Positions 37,467 through 51,045 of a stretch of DNA of 64,000 nt are shown here, one piece after another (position 1 is the stretch's first letter; the number at the start of each line of letters is the position of its first letter). Under the pieces are notes generated by a model. It made no database searches. It was given only the letters and a program-made list of their open reading frames with translations, and had not been told where the DNA came from. The stretch is taken from positions 10,416,001 to 10,480,000 of the forward strand of contig CM060733.1 of assembly GCA_030704615.1 (NCBI GenBank), given 5' to 3'. This stretch comes from Takakia lepidozioides (Eukaryota > Plantae > Bryophyta). The position numbers were made by a program, and so were the translations under genes.

Positions 37467-40400
37467 CTACCAGTAATCCCCACAAGAACATACCCCATCT
37501 TGGAAGTGGTGGAAACGGTTAGCATCTCGTACAATAACTGTTCGCCTAACGATCTTTGAGATGAACTTGACCGCAGTGTGGCAGTCACCACACACCCGAA
37601 GGTTTTTGATAACACGGATAGCCGTCTCAGGGGGTGTGTGGATGAGTCCGAATGCAATGGCCAGTTTCTCGCTGTGGTAGCAAAGAGAAATTTCCTTCTG
37701 CTCCTCTTCCAAATCGTGCAGTACAAACTGTGTGTCAGGCACATACCCCACCTCCATCATTTGCCCATACAATCTCTTCAGCTCAGCATGGATTTCTTTA
37801 ATTTGTGGATGAGATTTGTCCTCTACGACAAACGTATGCACCTGGTTCTTGACCACAATGGAGCTGTGCCCTGGCTCCATTCTGACACCTCTGTCCTCCA
37901 TCATGTTTCTCACTTTGACTTTCTCGTCCCACCTGCCAGCTGCAGCATAGATGTTCGATAGCGGCACATAAGCTGCAGGGTGCTGTTGACCTTGGTCAAG
38001 AATGCATTTTGCCGCACGTTCTGCTAACTTCACATCACCATGAAGCCTGCAGGCACCAAGCAAGGCCCGCCATACAGCTATATCTGGTTTGATTGGCATT
38101 GTGTTAATCAAATCCTCTGCTTCATGCAATCGCCCTGCACGGCCAAGAAGGTCCACCATGCAGCCAAAATGCTCCACTGTAGGATTGAGGCCATGATCTC
38201 GACTCATCGAATCAAAGTAGTGACGCCCTTCATCCACTAGACCCACATGACTACACGCAAAGAGAACAGACATAAAGGTCACACCGTTCGGATTCAAATT
38301 TTCTTGTTGCATTTGTTGAAATAGTTGCAGGGCTTCCCTACCACACCCATGCTGAGCACATCCTGCAATCATAGCATTCCATGATACCACATCTCGTTCA
38401 GCCATATTATGGAACACTTGGCGTGCATCCTTCATGCTCCCACATTTCGTGTACATGTCAACAAGAGCAGTATTCACAATAATCTCTGATACAATTCCAG
38501 ATTTGATGATGTCAGCATGGACATTGTTGCCCTTTTCCAGGGCCCCTAAGCAGGCACACACATGAAGAATGCAGGAAAATGTGACCCTGTCGGGTATCAC
38601 ACCTTCCCGTTGCATTTGCTCATATGTTGTGAAAACCTCCCCACCACCCCCATGTTGAGCATATCCCCCAATCATGGCATTCCATGTGACCACATCCCGT
38701 TTACGCATACTGTTGAAGACTTGTTGTGCATCCTCCATGCTCCCACATTTGGCATACATATCAACAAGGCTATTTTCCAGATTAATGTATGATGTTATTC
38801 CAGCTTTGATGATGTCATAATGAACCTCTTTGCCTTTTTCCAGGCTGTTTAGGCTGGCACACGCATTGAGTACAGAAAGAAATGTCACTTTGTTGGGTGC
38901 CACCTGTTCCTGTTGCATTTTCTCGTAGATTATGAAAGCTTCCCTACCACACCCACTATGAGCATACCCTGTAATCATGGAACTCCATGAAACCACGTCT
39001 CGTGTAACCATATTGTCAAACACCTGATGTGCATCCTTCATGCTCCCGCATTTGGCATACATGTCCACGAGGCTATTCTCCAAATTGATATATGAGACAA
39101 CTCCAGCTTTGATGATGTCAGCATGGACCTTTTTACCCTTTTCCAGGGCTCCTAAGCCGGCACACACATTCAGAATGCAAGTGAATGTGACACTGTCGGG
39201 CGTAACCCCTTCATGGTGCATTTGCTCATAGATTTTCAAAGCCTCCCTACCACACCCATGTTGAACATATCCTGTAATCATAATATTCCATGAGACCACA
39301 TCTTGTTTAGCCATATTGTCAAACACTTGACAGGCAACATCCATGCTCCCGCATTTGGCATACATGTCAACGAGGCTATTCTCCAAATTAACATATGGAG
39401 CAATTCCAGCTTTGACAATGTCAGCATGGACCTCTTTCCCCTTTTCCAGGGCTCCTAGGTTGGCACACACATTAAGAACACAAGTGAATGTGACCCTGTC
39501 ACGCATCACCCCTTCCTTCTGCATTTGCTCATAAATTCTGACAGCCTCCCAACCACACCCATGCTGAGCATATCCTGCGATGATGGTATTCCATGAGACC
39601 ACATCTCGTCTAGCCATACTGTCAAATACTTGACGGGCATCCTTCATGCTCCCACATTTGGCATACATGTCAACAAGAGCAGTGTCCAAAACTATATCTG
39701 ACATAATTCCAGATTTCATGATGTCACCATGGATCTCTTTGGCTTTTTCCACAGCTCCTACACTGGCACATGCATTGACAACACAAATGAATGTGACTTT
39801 GTTGGGGATTATGCCTTCCCGTTGCATTTGATCATAGATATTGAAAGCCTCCACACCACACCCGTGGTGAGCATATCCTGCGATCATGGCACTCCATGAG
39901 ACCACATCTCTTTTAGCCATATTGTCAAACACTTGGCGTGCATCCTTCATGCTCCCGCTTTTGGCGTACATGTTGACAAGAGATGTTTCCAAAATTATCT
40001 CTGATGCAATTCCAGCTTTCATGATGTCAGAATGGACCTCGTTGCCTTTTTCCAGGGCTCCTAGGCTAGCACACACATTGAGAATGCAAGTGAATGTGAC
40101 ACTGTCGGGCCTCACCCCTTCCTGTTGCATTTGCTCATAGATCTTCAAAGCCTTCTCAGCAAGCCCATGCTTAGCATATCCTGCCATCATCGTAGTCCAT
40201 GTAAACATATCTCTTTCGGGCATTTTGTCAAACACACGGCGTGCATCCACCACACTCCCACACTTGGCATACATGTTGACAAGGGTGTTCAGTAGAAAGA
40301 TGTTGGGCTTAAATCCACTGTGGATAATGTGGGCATGCACCTGCCTTCCCTTTGGTAGGTCTTTCATCTTAATGCACTCCTGCAAGAGACAGACATACAG

Positions 40401-40622
40401 TTTGGAGTCGGCCTGAATGCCTTGCTGGTTCAAAATGTACAATGCATCTTGTAGTCGACCTCTCTTACATAGCGTCCTCATGTCCCCACAGGTGCCAGAG
40501 GAATTATTGTTGACTCCCTCTCTCAGTCCTCTTCCAAAAGCGGTGGTGATGTTGGGGGTACCACCCCTGCCGCCACCAGTCTCATGTCCAACAACCAACT
40601 CTGTCTGATTCAACCTTGCCAT
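37467..40622 (-). CDS. PLS-class PPR protein with E1-E2-DYW domains (organellar C-to-U RNA editing factor), 1051 aa
   Basis: 23 tandem L/S/P motifs ending P2-L2-S2, then E1, E2, a PG box (EPGHSSI), deaminase zinc ligands HSEKLA and CGDCH, and terminal CSCGDYW. Confidence 0.96.
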   Translation of the reverse strand: MARLNQTELVVGHETGGGRGGTPNITTAFGRGLREGVNNNSSGTCGDMRTLCKRGRLQDALYILNQQGIQADSKLYVCLLQECIKMKDLPKGRQVHAHIIHSGFKPNIFLLNTLVNMYAKCGSVVDARRVFDKMPERDMFTWTTMMAGYAKHGLAEKALKIYEQMQQEGVRPDSVTFTCILNVCASLGALEKGNEVHSDIMKAGIASEIILETSLVNMYAKSGSMKDARQVFDNMAKRDVVSWSAMIAGYAHHGCGVEAFNIYDQMQREGIIPNKVTFICVVNACASVGAVEKAKEIHGDIMKSGIMSDIVLDTALVDMYAKCGSMKDARQVFDSMARRDVVSWNTIIAGYAQHGCGWEAVRIYEQMQKEGVMRDRVTFTCVLNVCANLGALEKGKEVHADIVKAGIAPYVNLENSLVDMYAKCGSMDVACQVFDNMAKQDVVSWNIMITGYVQHGCGREALKIYEQMHHEGVTPDSVTFTCILNVCAGLGALEKGKKVHADIIKAGVVSYINLENSLVDMYAKCGSMKDAHQVFDNMVTRDVVSWSSMITGYAHSGCGREAFIIYEKMQQEQVAPNKVTFLSVLNACASLNSLEKGKEVHYDIIKAGITSYINLENSLVDMYAKCGSMEDAQQVFNSMRKRDVVTWNAMIGGYAQHGGGGEVFTTYEQMQREGVIPDRVTFSCILHVCACLGALEKGNNVHADIIKSGIVSEIIVNTALVDMYTKCGSMKDARQVFHNMAERDVVSWNAMIAGCAQHGCGREALQLFQQMQQENLNPNGVTFMSVLFACSHVGLVDEGRHYFDSMSRDHGLNPTVEHFGCMVDLLGRAGRLHEAEDLINTMPIKPDIAVWRALLGACRLHGDVKLAERAAKCILDQGQQHPAAYVPLSNIYAAAGRWDEKVKVRNMMEDRGVRMEPGHSSIVVKNQVHTFVVEDKSHPQIKEIHAELKRLYGQMMEVGYVPDTQFVLHDLEEEQKEISLCYHSEKLAIAFGLIHTPPETAIRVIKNLRVCGDCHTAVKFISKIVRRTVIVRDANRFHHFQDGVCSCGDYW

Positions 40623-43394
40623 CCTGCATGACTTTTAGTGGCAAGTTCACATACCATATCCCAAAGCTCCTAGATACTTCCACAAAAGATCTCTTTGTGA
40701 GAACAGGCTGTTTATAGAAATTTGAAACAATTGCAATCATCTACTTTGAGAGTAAACTGTACCAATTTTGTTTATTTAAGTTGAAGACCTTGAAGCACCA
40801 TTAAAATAATACCCGTTGTAGTCTCGAGGTTGAGCTCCATGTTGTACATCAACGTTAGAACCATCACCCAATTTTGCTTGAGATTGTATCATGCCAGCTA
40901 GCTTTGTTACCCCAGGTGGATTCGACCAATCCTTATTTCTGAAGTCGGGTGATCTCAAATGTTCCTGCAGAAACCACCCTATACAGCTGAGCAACTATAG
41001 CTTTAAAGCACAGCCTCATGTAAGCTAGTCCACAAATGCCAACCTGAACTGATAGGCCACAACTAAGAACAAACCACTTTCAATGCTAAGATTCACAACG
41101 GGGTGATTTAAGCAGATGCAACAGAGAAGATCACCTTATCAGGCCTGTTGTCCCACCGCTTCAGATGATATAGCATGAAATCCTGCCAAAACCGTTCTAT
41201 GCTTACTGTCTGGGCTGCATGGAAACAAGATTTAAACTAATCTTTAGCATTGCAAATTGCAGGATGCAGAGTGCGTTTTTCACAGAGTTGATCCCTCTCT
41301 GTCTCTCTGCCCTTCTGTATCCCCAGTATGACTGGCAATTGTAGCCTTGCATCGCTACAAGGGGATGACTACAATTTCACGCCTATGATACCTAGAGCTA
41401 CATTGACAAGGCAGCTGCTGCTGGACTTCGCTATCTGTAAGCGGAAAATGTCATAACGTCCAGTGTGAGTAGAATCCTGGTGGGGGCATCACTATGGCTA
41501 TGGTCGCGAACAAGTCCTGTCAATAAGCATCTCTCTTTGTCCCTCGTACGCAATGAATGGAAATCGAAGAAATCAACCAGAAGTTCAGATTATACCGGAA
41601 AGAGTGAAGGAGCTCATCGAGTAAGACAAGGACGTTCCTGTAAGGCCTTGTGCGACCAACTCTCACCTTCTCCAACTCATATGGCTGTAGTTTCTGCAGG
41701 TGAGGCCAAGGATCATTTCGAGCCTGGATCGCTCCGAAACACACAATTCAGGGACCCAGGAAAGTACATAAAGATTAACATGTCGGTACCTGTCTTGGGG
41801 TTCCCTGGAGGCTTGGAAGGCGTCATAGCAATCACTTGCAAGGGTCCAGGGCCCGGCATTGCCAAGGTGGATGCGCATTTGAGCTCCACATCCTAGCGGG
41901 TGAATGTGGTGCATGACGGGAGGCCTCATGGCCCTTCAGCACAGGGGGAAGACGTGGTCTCGGGTGTGGGGTCTAGCTGCGCGCGACTCAGCACCCTGCC
42001 ATACCTCCGTCTGTGGAGATATGAAAACTGGCAATTGTGCCGGAGAGAAAGAAGTTGACATATCCTCAATCTGTACAAGAGGGAACAGAAATAAATCCCT
42101 TGTAAACCCCACCACACCGTGCTGTACCACAAAGAAAAGCAAGCACTCAAGCTCTCCGCAGACCCATTGTCTACCCAACAACGACGCCGATGAGTTTGAC
42201 AAAGGACACACTCCTCCTTGTCAAGCTCTTGATGGGCACGATGATGGGCTTCACTCTACAGTAGTCAAATCTGACAAAGAAAAGAGATGTTTGAACAAGG
42301 TTTACCGATCATTTGATGCTATGCTGGTCTTGGTTTGTATTTCAGAGTAGTTCGAGGCTGAAAAGTTTTGAAAGCATGTGTGCATCCTCACTTCACGAGT
42401 GTGAAAAAAGAATGTGGCACATAAGGAAAACTTTAAGGGAGACTCAGATGAACACTTGTATGGGAAAACTGTGCTCCGTCGATGAAGGCTTATATCTGAA
42501 TCGTGCTTTGTATGGAAAAAGAAAAGGACTGGGGTCCCATTGTAAGGGGGGAGATAGTAGCTATGCCTGACTGCTCTGATGCAGTTCTGGTTCACCATGA
42601 AGTCACAGTTCTGTAGAGAAAACGAGGACCAAAGATATACCTGGCGTATCAAGAGGCTTGGTGTTCACTCAAACGCTTAAGTGTTTCTATAGAAACAATT
42701 GGATACATAGCATAGCAGAGACAAGCAGAAACACATAAGGCAAACTTGAAAACCTAGTCATCTGTACTATGTGCTATAATACAGCTCATACACAACTTGT
42801 CCATTGTAGAAACACAGCTGATGCGTACAAGCTCTAAGCACATGCCAACCCACCAAGGCCAGAACACCCTCGCAAACGAATGGATAAATTTTCATACTGA
42901 ATGAGAAGCAGATATGCACATTTAAAGGGACAGCTTGTACACAAACATAGGCCGCAGGCCAAAAGGCAGGCCGGGTCCAACTCCCAACGTCGGAATTGAG
43001 TGGGTGGAGAAGGTGTGTACCAAGGATAATCTTCACTAGAATGAAAGGAGAAAGCAGCCTACATGCAAGGCAAGCCTATGCTAGAAAGAATATGGCTAAC
43101 CCAAGTATCCAGGTCAGCCCGCACCAACGCACAATGTCCCAGTCTGTACTATTACATTCGATCTCATTTCCTTTGCCTGGCATGTAACCCGATCTCTTAT
43201 TATCTACAAAGGCTCTACTATGGCCTGCATTCGACAGATGGATCTTGCTCTTCACACACCGCTGTAGAAGTATATACTGCCGCCAAGCCTGCGGCCTTAA
43301 ATAGAAGGCTTAGGCTGCAGATAAAGAATCTTTTCTCCTCTTCCAGCTCAAACGGAGTAAGGTCTATGCCATCCTTGAGGCACAGAAAAAATAT

Positions 43395-46300
43395 TCAACA
43401 GTTGATGCCACACTGCTGCAAGTTTGGCCCATTGACCTTAGCTAAGAAAGGATCTATCCGAACCCATAAGAGGGAAAATATGGAGGCCAAAAGAATGGAC
43501 CACACAATCACAATTGTCGGCGTGCGGTTTTGTCGTCCCATCAATCCCTTGAGGAAGGGATACAAGTGGACTATCACCCAAAACGCAAAAAACAGCTTTC
43601 CAAACAGAGGACCCCATGATTGGTAGCCATTATTGACCGCATCAGAAATGCCAGCAACAACACCCACAAGGTTGACGATCAGCAATGTGGTTGGCGGGAT
43701 CAAAAGAGCTGTCCACTTGAATGCATAGAGCTCTCCGAAGTCCTCATCCTCTGAAGACTTTGATGTCACTGTGAAATTCGTATCGATACCCGCAAATACC
43801 TTCAGCAGACCTTGGAAAACAGCAAATAAGTGGGCAGAGACACCTCCTATCACCCAAAACTGCTCATTTCTCCACCATTCATCTATTCCAACTCCACTCC
43901 ACCGCATCTCCAAGATACCAGTCGCAAAAATGGAGATGAAAAGAGAGATGAACCATAGACTAGCGAAGTTACTGATCTGAAAAATTACAGGAGCCACGTC
44001 AGTGAAAAGTTAAGATCCATTCAAGGTAATGAGAACAAAAAAGTAGAAATGAAATGCAATGAAATGGTGCTTTATAACGTCCGCGGAAGCTCAAAGAAAG
44101 AAAGAAAGGACAAAATCTGGGATTGGGACTGGAAAATATTTGCAATAAGGTAACCAATGTACTAATGCATACCGTTGGAATGATGAATTTTCCTGTGAGC
44201 AAACACACAGCCGGAAGAGTACAATACGCAAGAAGGGGCAAGGATGTGAGTGGATAGATCGTGGTATTGATGTAAGCCAGTCTCTCCAGACATTTGAGAC
44301 GGCCACCGTACCCATACCAGAGAGGACAATGCCTGCTGAGACAAATTTCCACAGACCCGAGAGCCCACCGCAGGACTTGGTTCAGACGATCTGACAAATT
44401 AATGGGTGCAGAACCCTTGAAGGCAGGTCGAGGAGGCATGCAATAGATTGACCTCCAACCACGGCAATGCATCTTGAATCCCGTCAAAATATCCTCAGTA
44501 ACTGAACCGTATATCCATCCAATCTGCAAATATGATCAAGTATTAGGATGGAAGTGTCAAGGGTCATTAGTTAAGACGTAAAATACAATTTGAGACCCTC
44601 TCACCACTGGAGGTTGTGGATAAACCTTCTACCACTTCAGCACAGACCTAAGAGATGTTGACAGCAATGTGAACACCAGATTGAAGCTGAGGAACTTGGA
44701 ACACGTACCTCCTTTCCCCAGTCTGTCTTGTCCTCATAACCACAACTGATGACATGTATAGCTTCCTTCAGGAGAGAGCCTGGACTTGCGGAATGAGGAA
44801 CACCACCATTTTCAAGAAGGGTAGAAGACACAAACACTGGAGACTGACCAAATTTTTTTTCAAAGTTCTTCATGGACATCAACGATGACTTTTCCTCTTG
44901 AACCCCTGCAGAACACAGGCCCAAAATAAGAGATCATCAGGGAGCTGAACTAGTATTACTTACTACTGACATAGAGTCACAGCTCTGACTACTTGAGGAA
45001 GACCTGGCACACAGCACACCACTTTCACAAGATGGAAAAATGACACAGCATTGCCACCACCCAAAATTGCACAGAAAGCAGTCTTACCCTCCACTCCCTC
45101 CTCAATGTCCTCAAGGCTAAAGATGGGAATAGTAGAGTCAGTCCGTGTTGGTGCCTTTTTCTTTTTAGAGAACTTTGATGTCTTATCCTTTTTGCCCTTC
45201 TTGCGAGGACCACAGCACCACTGCGGCAAACAGCTTCCACAACCCTTGCCTTTTTTGTCCGCAAAGACTGGTTCATGCCCATATAAAGCTTGCCTATTGA
45301 ACACACATCCTGTACCGACATACACAGGACCTTGCAGTCCATCCAATCCTTTCAAGTTGATCTGCAGTACAGAGAGGAACATATAAGCATGGCTTCATGT
45401 AAGGGAAGTCATCAATTCAATTCTACAATTAATGAGTGAAACCAAAAGCCTGGGATCCCAAAAGATTCATTGCAATACTCACATCAAAGAACACCGTGTT
45501 GTGGTTGGCATAACGATCGTTGCGATCAATACCATCAAATCTCTGCGGAAACTGGACATAGCAAACTTTCTTTCCAACATTAGGATCCATCATAAAACAC
45601 ATTGCCTCCCGAATGGCCTTACTGTTGTTGATGTAGTGATCACAATCCAGATTGAGAAGATAAGGAGCATTTGTGAGAACTGCCGAAACTCGCACCTGCA
45701 GATTGACCATTTTCTGTCAGTTAGCTTGGAGTCAGCATGGGATTCAAGGCCTGATAAATGGAAACGCCAAATGTCAGCCAGAGAAGTATAGCTAAGGAAT
45801 TCAAGGCCATTTAACAGCCAAACTGATAATGACATGGACAGTTATACACACCAAAGCGTTCATGGCACCAGCTTTCTTGTGATGGTTGAAGCCTGGGCGT
45901 TTTTCTCGAGACACATAAACAAGGCGAGGGAGCTCATTTCCATCAGTATCATGACCACCACTGTGACCCAAAAACACCTGCAGCAGTTGAGGCATCAATC
46001 AAAATAATCAATCAGAGGTCCTGGTACCGAAAGCATATGGTAATCAGAGTCTTACCACAAATGAGTTTCTCTACAGCATGAGAGAAGAGAGAAGATTCTG
46101 ACAGAAGCCAGCATAAATAAGAGCATCTTCACCTGACAGCTAGCTACAGCATGTGTATTATCAGAGAATTACCTGTATCATTCCAGGATGGTCCCGTGTA
46201 TTGTTCCCAGGCCAGGGAGTTCCATCCTGCATCGTCCAGCCCTCTTCTGGAACCTTCTGGGCCTTTGCAACCAGGGCATTCACCCGGACCTTGAACTCCT

Positions 46301-49261
46301 CATACTCCCTCTGAACAATTCCAACTTAATACACATTAGAACTGCCGTCAAAGAACTTGACCCATATAAAAAAAAGGCAATGAACGTTAAAGAGCCGCCT
46401 ATAGCACGCATGACTGCTAGCTTGCAAATCCAACCTACCCAAGTGTATATGGATAGTAAGGCCCTGACCTTCATTGCCCGGCGCTCTTTGACAAAGGTGG
46501 GCTGCACCTTATCCTTAAGATAGTCAATTTTCTGAGCAAAATACATCTCAGGAGCCCGAGGCTCAATACTGAACTTCTTGCAGAAAGGCACCCATTTTCG
46601 TGCAAATTCAGATGTCTCAGATAGACACTCAAATGTTAACATAGCTGCTCCATCGTCAGAGACATAGCATGAAACCTTGTCCACAGGATAGTCAACAGCC
46701 AGAATAGATAGGACTGTGTTAGCTGTCACCATTGGAGGCTCCTTTGCGGGGTCGACAGTACTGACATAGATGTCAACGGGAGCCAGTTGAGATGGCTCCC
46801 CTTCCTTCTCATACCTGCAAGTTGATGGGATAACTGAGTAAGCTAAATGAGCAACATTCCTTCAGGACCAGGGCAGCAATCCAGTAATTTGACAACCAAA
46901 TTATCTTCCTGGCAGATACACCAGAGGAACCAGGGATTTGATCAGAGAATCACCTCAGAGAGAGTCTGTCCAGGTAAGTTTCCCGATTGATTGGCAGCCA
47001 CTTTGGAAACTGATCAAGAATCCAAGATACAGCAAACCAAATCTCACAAATGACCGATGTCAGCCACAAGCCATATGCATCTTGGACAGGGTTTTGAATT
47101 CGATATCGGAAAAAAAACCCCAAAACCACAAGACGGATAACAATCAGCATCCTGTATGGATTGATCTTGCTGGATGCAATTGGAACCTTCCTTGACATCG
47201 GCTGCCTTGCCTCATCCATTCTGCGAAACAGTAATTGAAGCCACCAGTTGAGAAAGATGTTGATGGAAGGAAACCAATCCTGTTGCTGATACTCACGTAT
47301 ATCTAATTGTTTATTCTGAAGTCGTCGGAGTCTATATTTACTGGGGATCAGAGGGGGGCATAGAGTTCATGCAGGAGAGTTCTCAAAAACAAAAGCACAC
47401 TTACATTGGCAAATCTGGGCCATTTGGCCCATCCTCAGGATCACCACCTTTTCCTCCAGTATGATGGCCTCCTTCAGTCATCATCATCTGCATCTTCTCT
47501 TGTCTCAACTTCCAGCTGTCAACTCTCTCCTTCCAGGCCACACTACCATATCCATATGCAGCCAAGTCTTTGGAAGGGTCCATTGATCGTGCTGGAAGGC
47601 AATTCCCAAGACACCATTTAGATAGAGAGACAACTGTGGAAAAAAATGATTAGACTTAGATGACCTAGATGACATTGGACACTTGGGCCAACGGCACACG
47701 CCACCCTATATTGCGTTAAGATGATCCACTAGACACTTGGGCCTGTACATGGGAGATGCACTTGGATACATGAATGGAAGATTGCATCAAGGAAATATTG
47801 TCTCCTTACACAGACATCTTCAATGCCTCCTCAAATGCCTACCAAAGCTAAAACCACAGCGTTTTTACTTTGCAATCAACCTGAGTGAAAGTACGGTATT
47901 ACCTGGGAGATTGGCATCTATGTAGGGGAGAGGGTGCACTCGTTTCCCACCACCGCCCATGGCTGGAGGAACAACAAGAGCATTGTGTTCTGGAGACCCA
48001 GCCTGAGAGTCCCCAGTAGCCTGCCGTGACAATTGATTCTTAGAAAACCTTCAATTCAACAACTTTCACTACTTCACCAGCACAGCAAACTATGTGCAGG
48101 CCTACCAAGGAAGATGAGAACTGCAGACAAGCCTCTCCAGGGCACCACAAATGGCTGTATCCATCACATAAGGTGCAGCCTTACCCCCATATAGCTCAGG
48201 AGCCCAAAGGTTAATGAGACCTACCGTCTGACCGTCAGTGAGGAGTGGAAACTGTGGCTGCATAGGGTGCATCATATGATCTGGCAGATCATGATCGTGT
48301 GGTGGTCCATAGCTCATGTGTCCATGAAGCATTTCATCTGTAACATGTTGCTTGTCTTGCTTGTCCACCTCATTCAAGTTAAATTCATTCTCCAAATCAT
48401 CTACCTCCTCCTCTTCCTCATCACCTTCAACCCGGGGGCTCCCTGTAGTGGAGACGATACAGAGCCAAAAGATATGAAGTCAATTCACCACGGAGAGAAC
48501 TGTTCTCATGGCGTCTCACCATGCAGAAGCCACACGTACCCTTTCCACATACAGAAATCTCCAGCAATCCCAACTATCCAAACCAGGGCACAGATGGCAG
48601 ACAACACACCTCTGTGACGCCGATATCTCGTCCTGCACTGCGGGCAAGACTGATTTCCATCTTTGCGCTCATATTCGTAGCATGGGCGACAGACGGGGAA
48701 TGCACATTCATTGCAGGCGACAAACAGCTCTCCTTCAGTTGTCACCCCAACGTCATCCCCACAAATTTGGCAAATATGGCCATTGACATGATTCAACGGC
48801 TTGGGCTGCAGGTCAAGAAAACAGAAGGGCACAAACAACCAGAACAAGACGTCAGACATTTTCGTCAATCCTGAGAGTCTCTCCTATGTTTCTAATACTC
48901 TCAATATGCTCTTCTCGATCCCAGAGCATATTTCAGTGACGAATCATGCTTGGGAAAAACTTCACGGCCCTGAGGTAAGAGATCTTGTAATGTCCTTACA
49001 TCCTTACCAGAAACACTAAATCAAAATTCCAGTCTAAAACGAACCCGCCCAAGAGATGCCGCCTGCTCTCTGGGAAAAGAAAGCCAGCTCTACCCTTCCC
49101 TCAGACTGCCTTGAGAAACAATGCAGCTGAGGTACACGTCGACTTCCACAAGCAACCGACTCAGGAGACGACGCGAAACTTACCCCATCCCCGTCCGGTC
49201 GTATGACGACGAGCTCGTTCCTATTGTGAGAACCAGCCACCAAACCTGCATTGGCCTCCAT
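43395..49261 (-). CDS. CESA: Cellulose synthase catalytic subunit, complete multi-exon gene
   Basis: Start [22 protein letters not shown]-terminal zinc finger (CQIC, CNEC, CRPC, CPQC). DDG, DCD, TED and QVLRW motifs. C-terminal transmembrane region ending QCGINC. GT-AG exons, e.g. 49261-49184 and 48805-48610. Confidence 0.97.
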
Positions 49262-50089
49262 ACTCGGCGCCTGAGTGCTCCTTCAACGATCAAACTTCCA
49301 GTCGCCGAATAATATAACTTTCACCAGCCAGAGTTCTACACGACCCCTTCTATATCGTCAACCCCCATCCCTCGGCATTGCTCACCTTCAGCGCCAGAAC
49401 AGCACTTCAACCACGCAATTTCTCAACTTCCGTCCCTATGCTGACACCACTTCAAGAGCCACCCGCAAGATCCCTCCCTACCAAAGCTCCAGAAGCGCAA
49501 CTTTCTCTCCAACACCGATTATCTGTGCAATCACCAAGCGCCCGACAATGCCCTTCTGCAGTAAATGCTACGCTCTCCCTCTAACTACAGAGACAGAATG
49601 CCCCGCTTCCCCGGTCCAAGATCGAACCCACACTCGCTCAACGCCGCCCGCCTTCCCAAACCCCGCTTTCGCATCCGTCTCAGCTCTCGGCCTCACCCTT
49701 CATCACACCTTCCATGCTCCTCCCTCATCATCTCTCCAACACAACAGCCTTGTCGCAGCACAACACCATTAACTCACTCCTCTTCCCACGGTCGCATCCT
49801 CTGCAACTCGGGGCCACAGCGATCACTCTCTTCTGCCTCGCTCTCGAAAAAGATCGGCGATGGCGCGAGAGGCGAGTTCAGCACTCGGCCTGCTCAGCAA
49901 CGCTCTCTCTCTCTCGCTCGCTCTGTCGCTCTGACAGCAGCGTGCGAGACGATGGAGGGAGCGACACACAGAGGGCTTTGCCAGCCTGCTGCCCTGCCCG
50001 CGCCCTGCCCGCCCGCGCTTTTCCTCGTCCGCCCCCGCGCTCTTGCCCGCTGACGCCTCTGCACTCTGTCCCCCACTAAATGCGCCCGC

Positions 50090-50095
50090 TTTATA
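50090..50095 (-). promoter_or_regulatory. Candidate TATA box of CESA within a GC-rich promoter
   Basis: TATAAA on the minus strand within a GC-rich segment (about 49850-50340), about 830 bp upstream of the ATG. Confidence 0.45.
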
Positions 50096-50864
50096 CTCCA
50101 CGGCTCCGGCGGAGGGCCCCCTCCCGGGCCGCGCCTGCCCCGGCCCAGCGCGGGAGCTGCCCGGCGCCGGGTCGCAATCAGCGCTGCCCGCGGCGGCCAA
50201 CTGGTTGGGCTCCGTTAAAGGACGTGACGGCACGTCAGTCGCGTTGCCGGATCGAGCCCCGTTTGAATCCCCCGTCGACGTGGCCCAACGGATCCTCCCT
50301 TCTACGCTACCGCCTAACCGCTCCTGCCTACGTCTAGCCCCGCACGTGCCTTCCGCTGCTTCTGGTTGTGAGGCCCCTGCTGGATGTCATCCCACATTCG
50401 TCCGTCCTCAGCAGAATCTAGGAACTGTGAGTGAAAACTGGTTAGTCACCACCCTAGATTCCTACCTTGCTTTCTTTCTTGCTAATTATATACTTTGTCA
50501 TTATCCATCCCTTGTTACTGAATCTCGTTAGATGCTAACTAACGTACTAAACTAGGTGTGCTGGAGTGGGTTAGGATAATGTAGAACGTAATTACTGGAA
50601 ATCCTTCCGTGCTGCTGTAGCAAATGAGGGTGCCAGGCTGGCAGATGGGCAGCAGGGCAGCCAGGGACAATAATTGGATGTTAGGGTACCCTGCATTGAT
50701 CAGCGTCCTAAATGCTCCCATTCTCTCCAGTTATGGCACCACTTACAGCACTATTACTTTTATTTATTACTTGCTGGCTCATTGTCACAGGTGTCCAGGT
50801 TGAATAGGCTTTCAACAATTTTATTTTATTTTATTTTTGCTTAAATGGGAAACACTTGGGACTC

Positions 50865-51045
50865 GCGACAGCTCACAAATCAGGCCCATTAATTATAGTG
50901 AGAAGAGAAAATAAACTCTTTCACAGTAGCATGGGACACCGCTCAAGGGAAGGGGGGAGAAGAACATACCACACCGGCAAGGTAGCAGGATTTGAGCCCA
51001 GAATCATCTGGGTGGCACTCATTGCACTATCTGAGATACTGACTG
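50865..51045 (-). mobile_element. Putative tRNA-derived SINE
   Basis: A-box-like GTATCTCAGATAGTG and B-box-like GGGCTCAAATCC followed by TGCTACCTTG. Body motif GGGCCTGATTTGTGAGC is shared with 54060-54225. Confidence 0.55.

Noticed and set aside
37467-37880. DYW domain as a U-to-C (KP-type) editor
   Set aside because: It has a PG box, HSEKLA and a DYW end, the canonical C-to-U type.
39040-40608. Repeated plus-strand 63-aa ORFs ([10 protein letters not shown]...)
   Set aside because: Antisense shadows of the PPR repeats.
42190-42230. Short hairpin GAGTTTGACAAAGGA...TCCTCCTTGTCAAGCTC
   Set aside because: Too short for a miRNA precursor, with no other supporting feature.
49275-50531. Long overlapping ORFs upstream of CESA
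   Set aside because: Explained by GC-rich promoter/5' UTR sequence with few stop codons.
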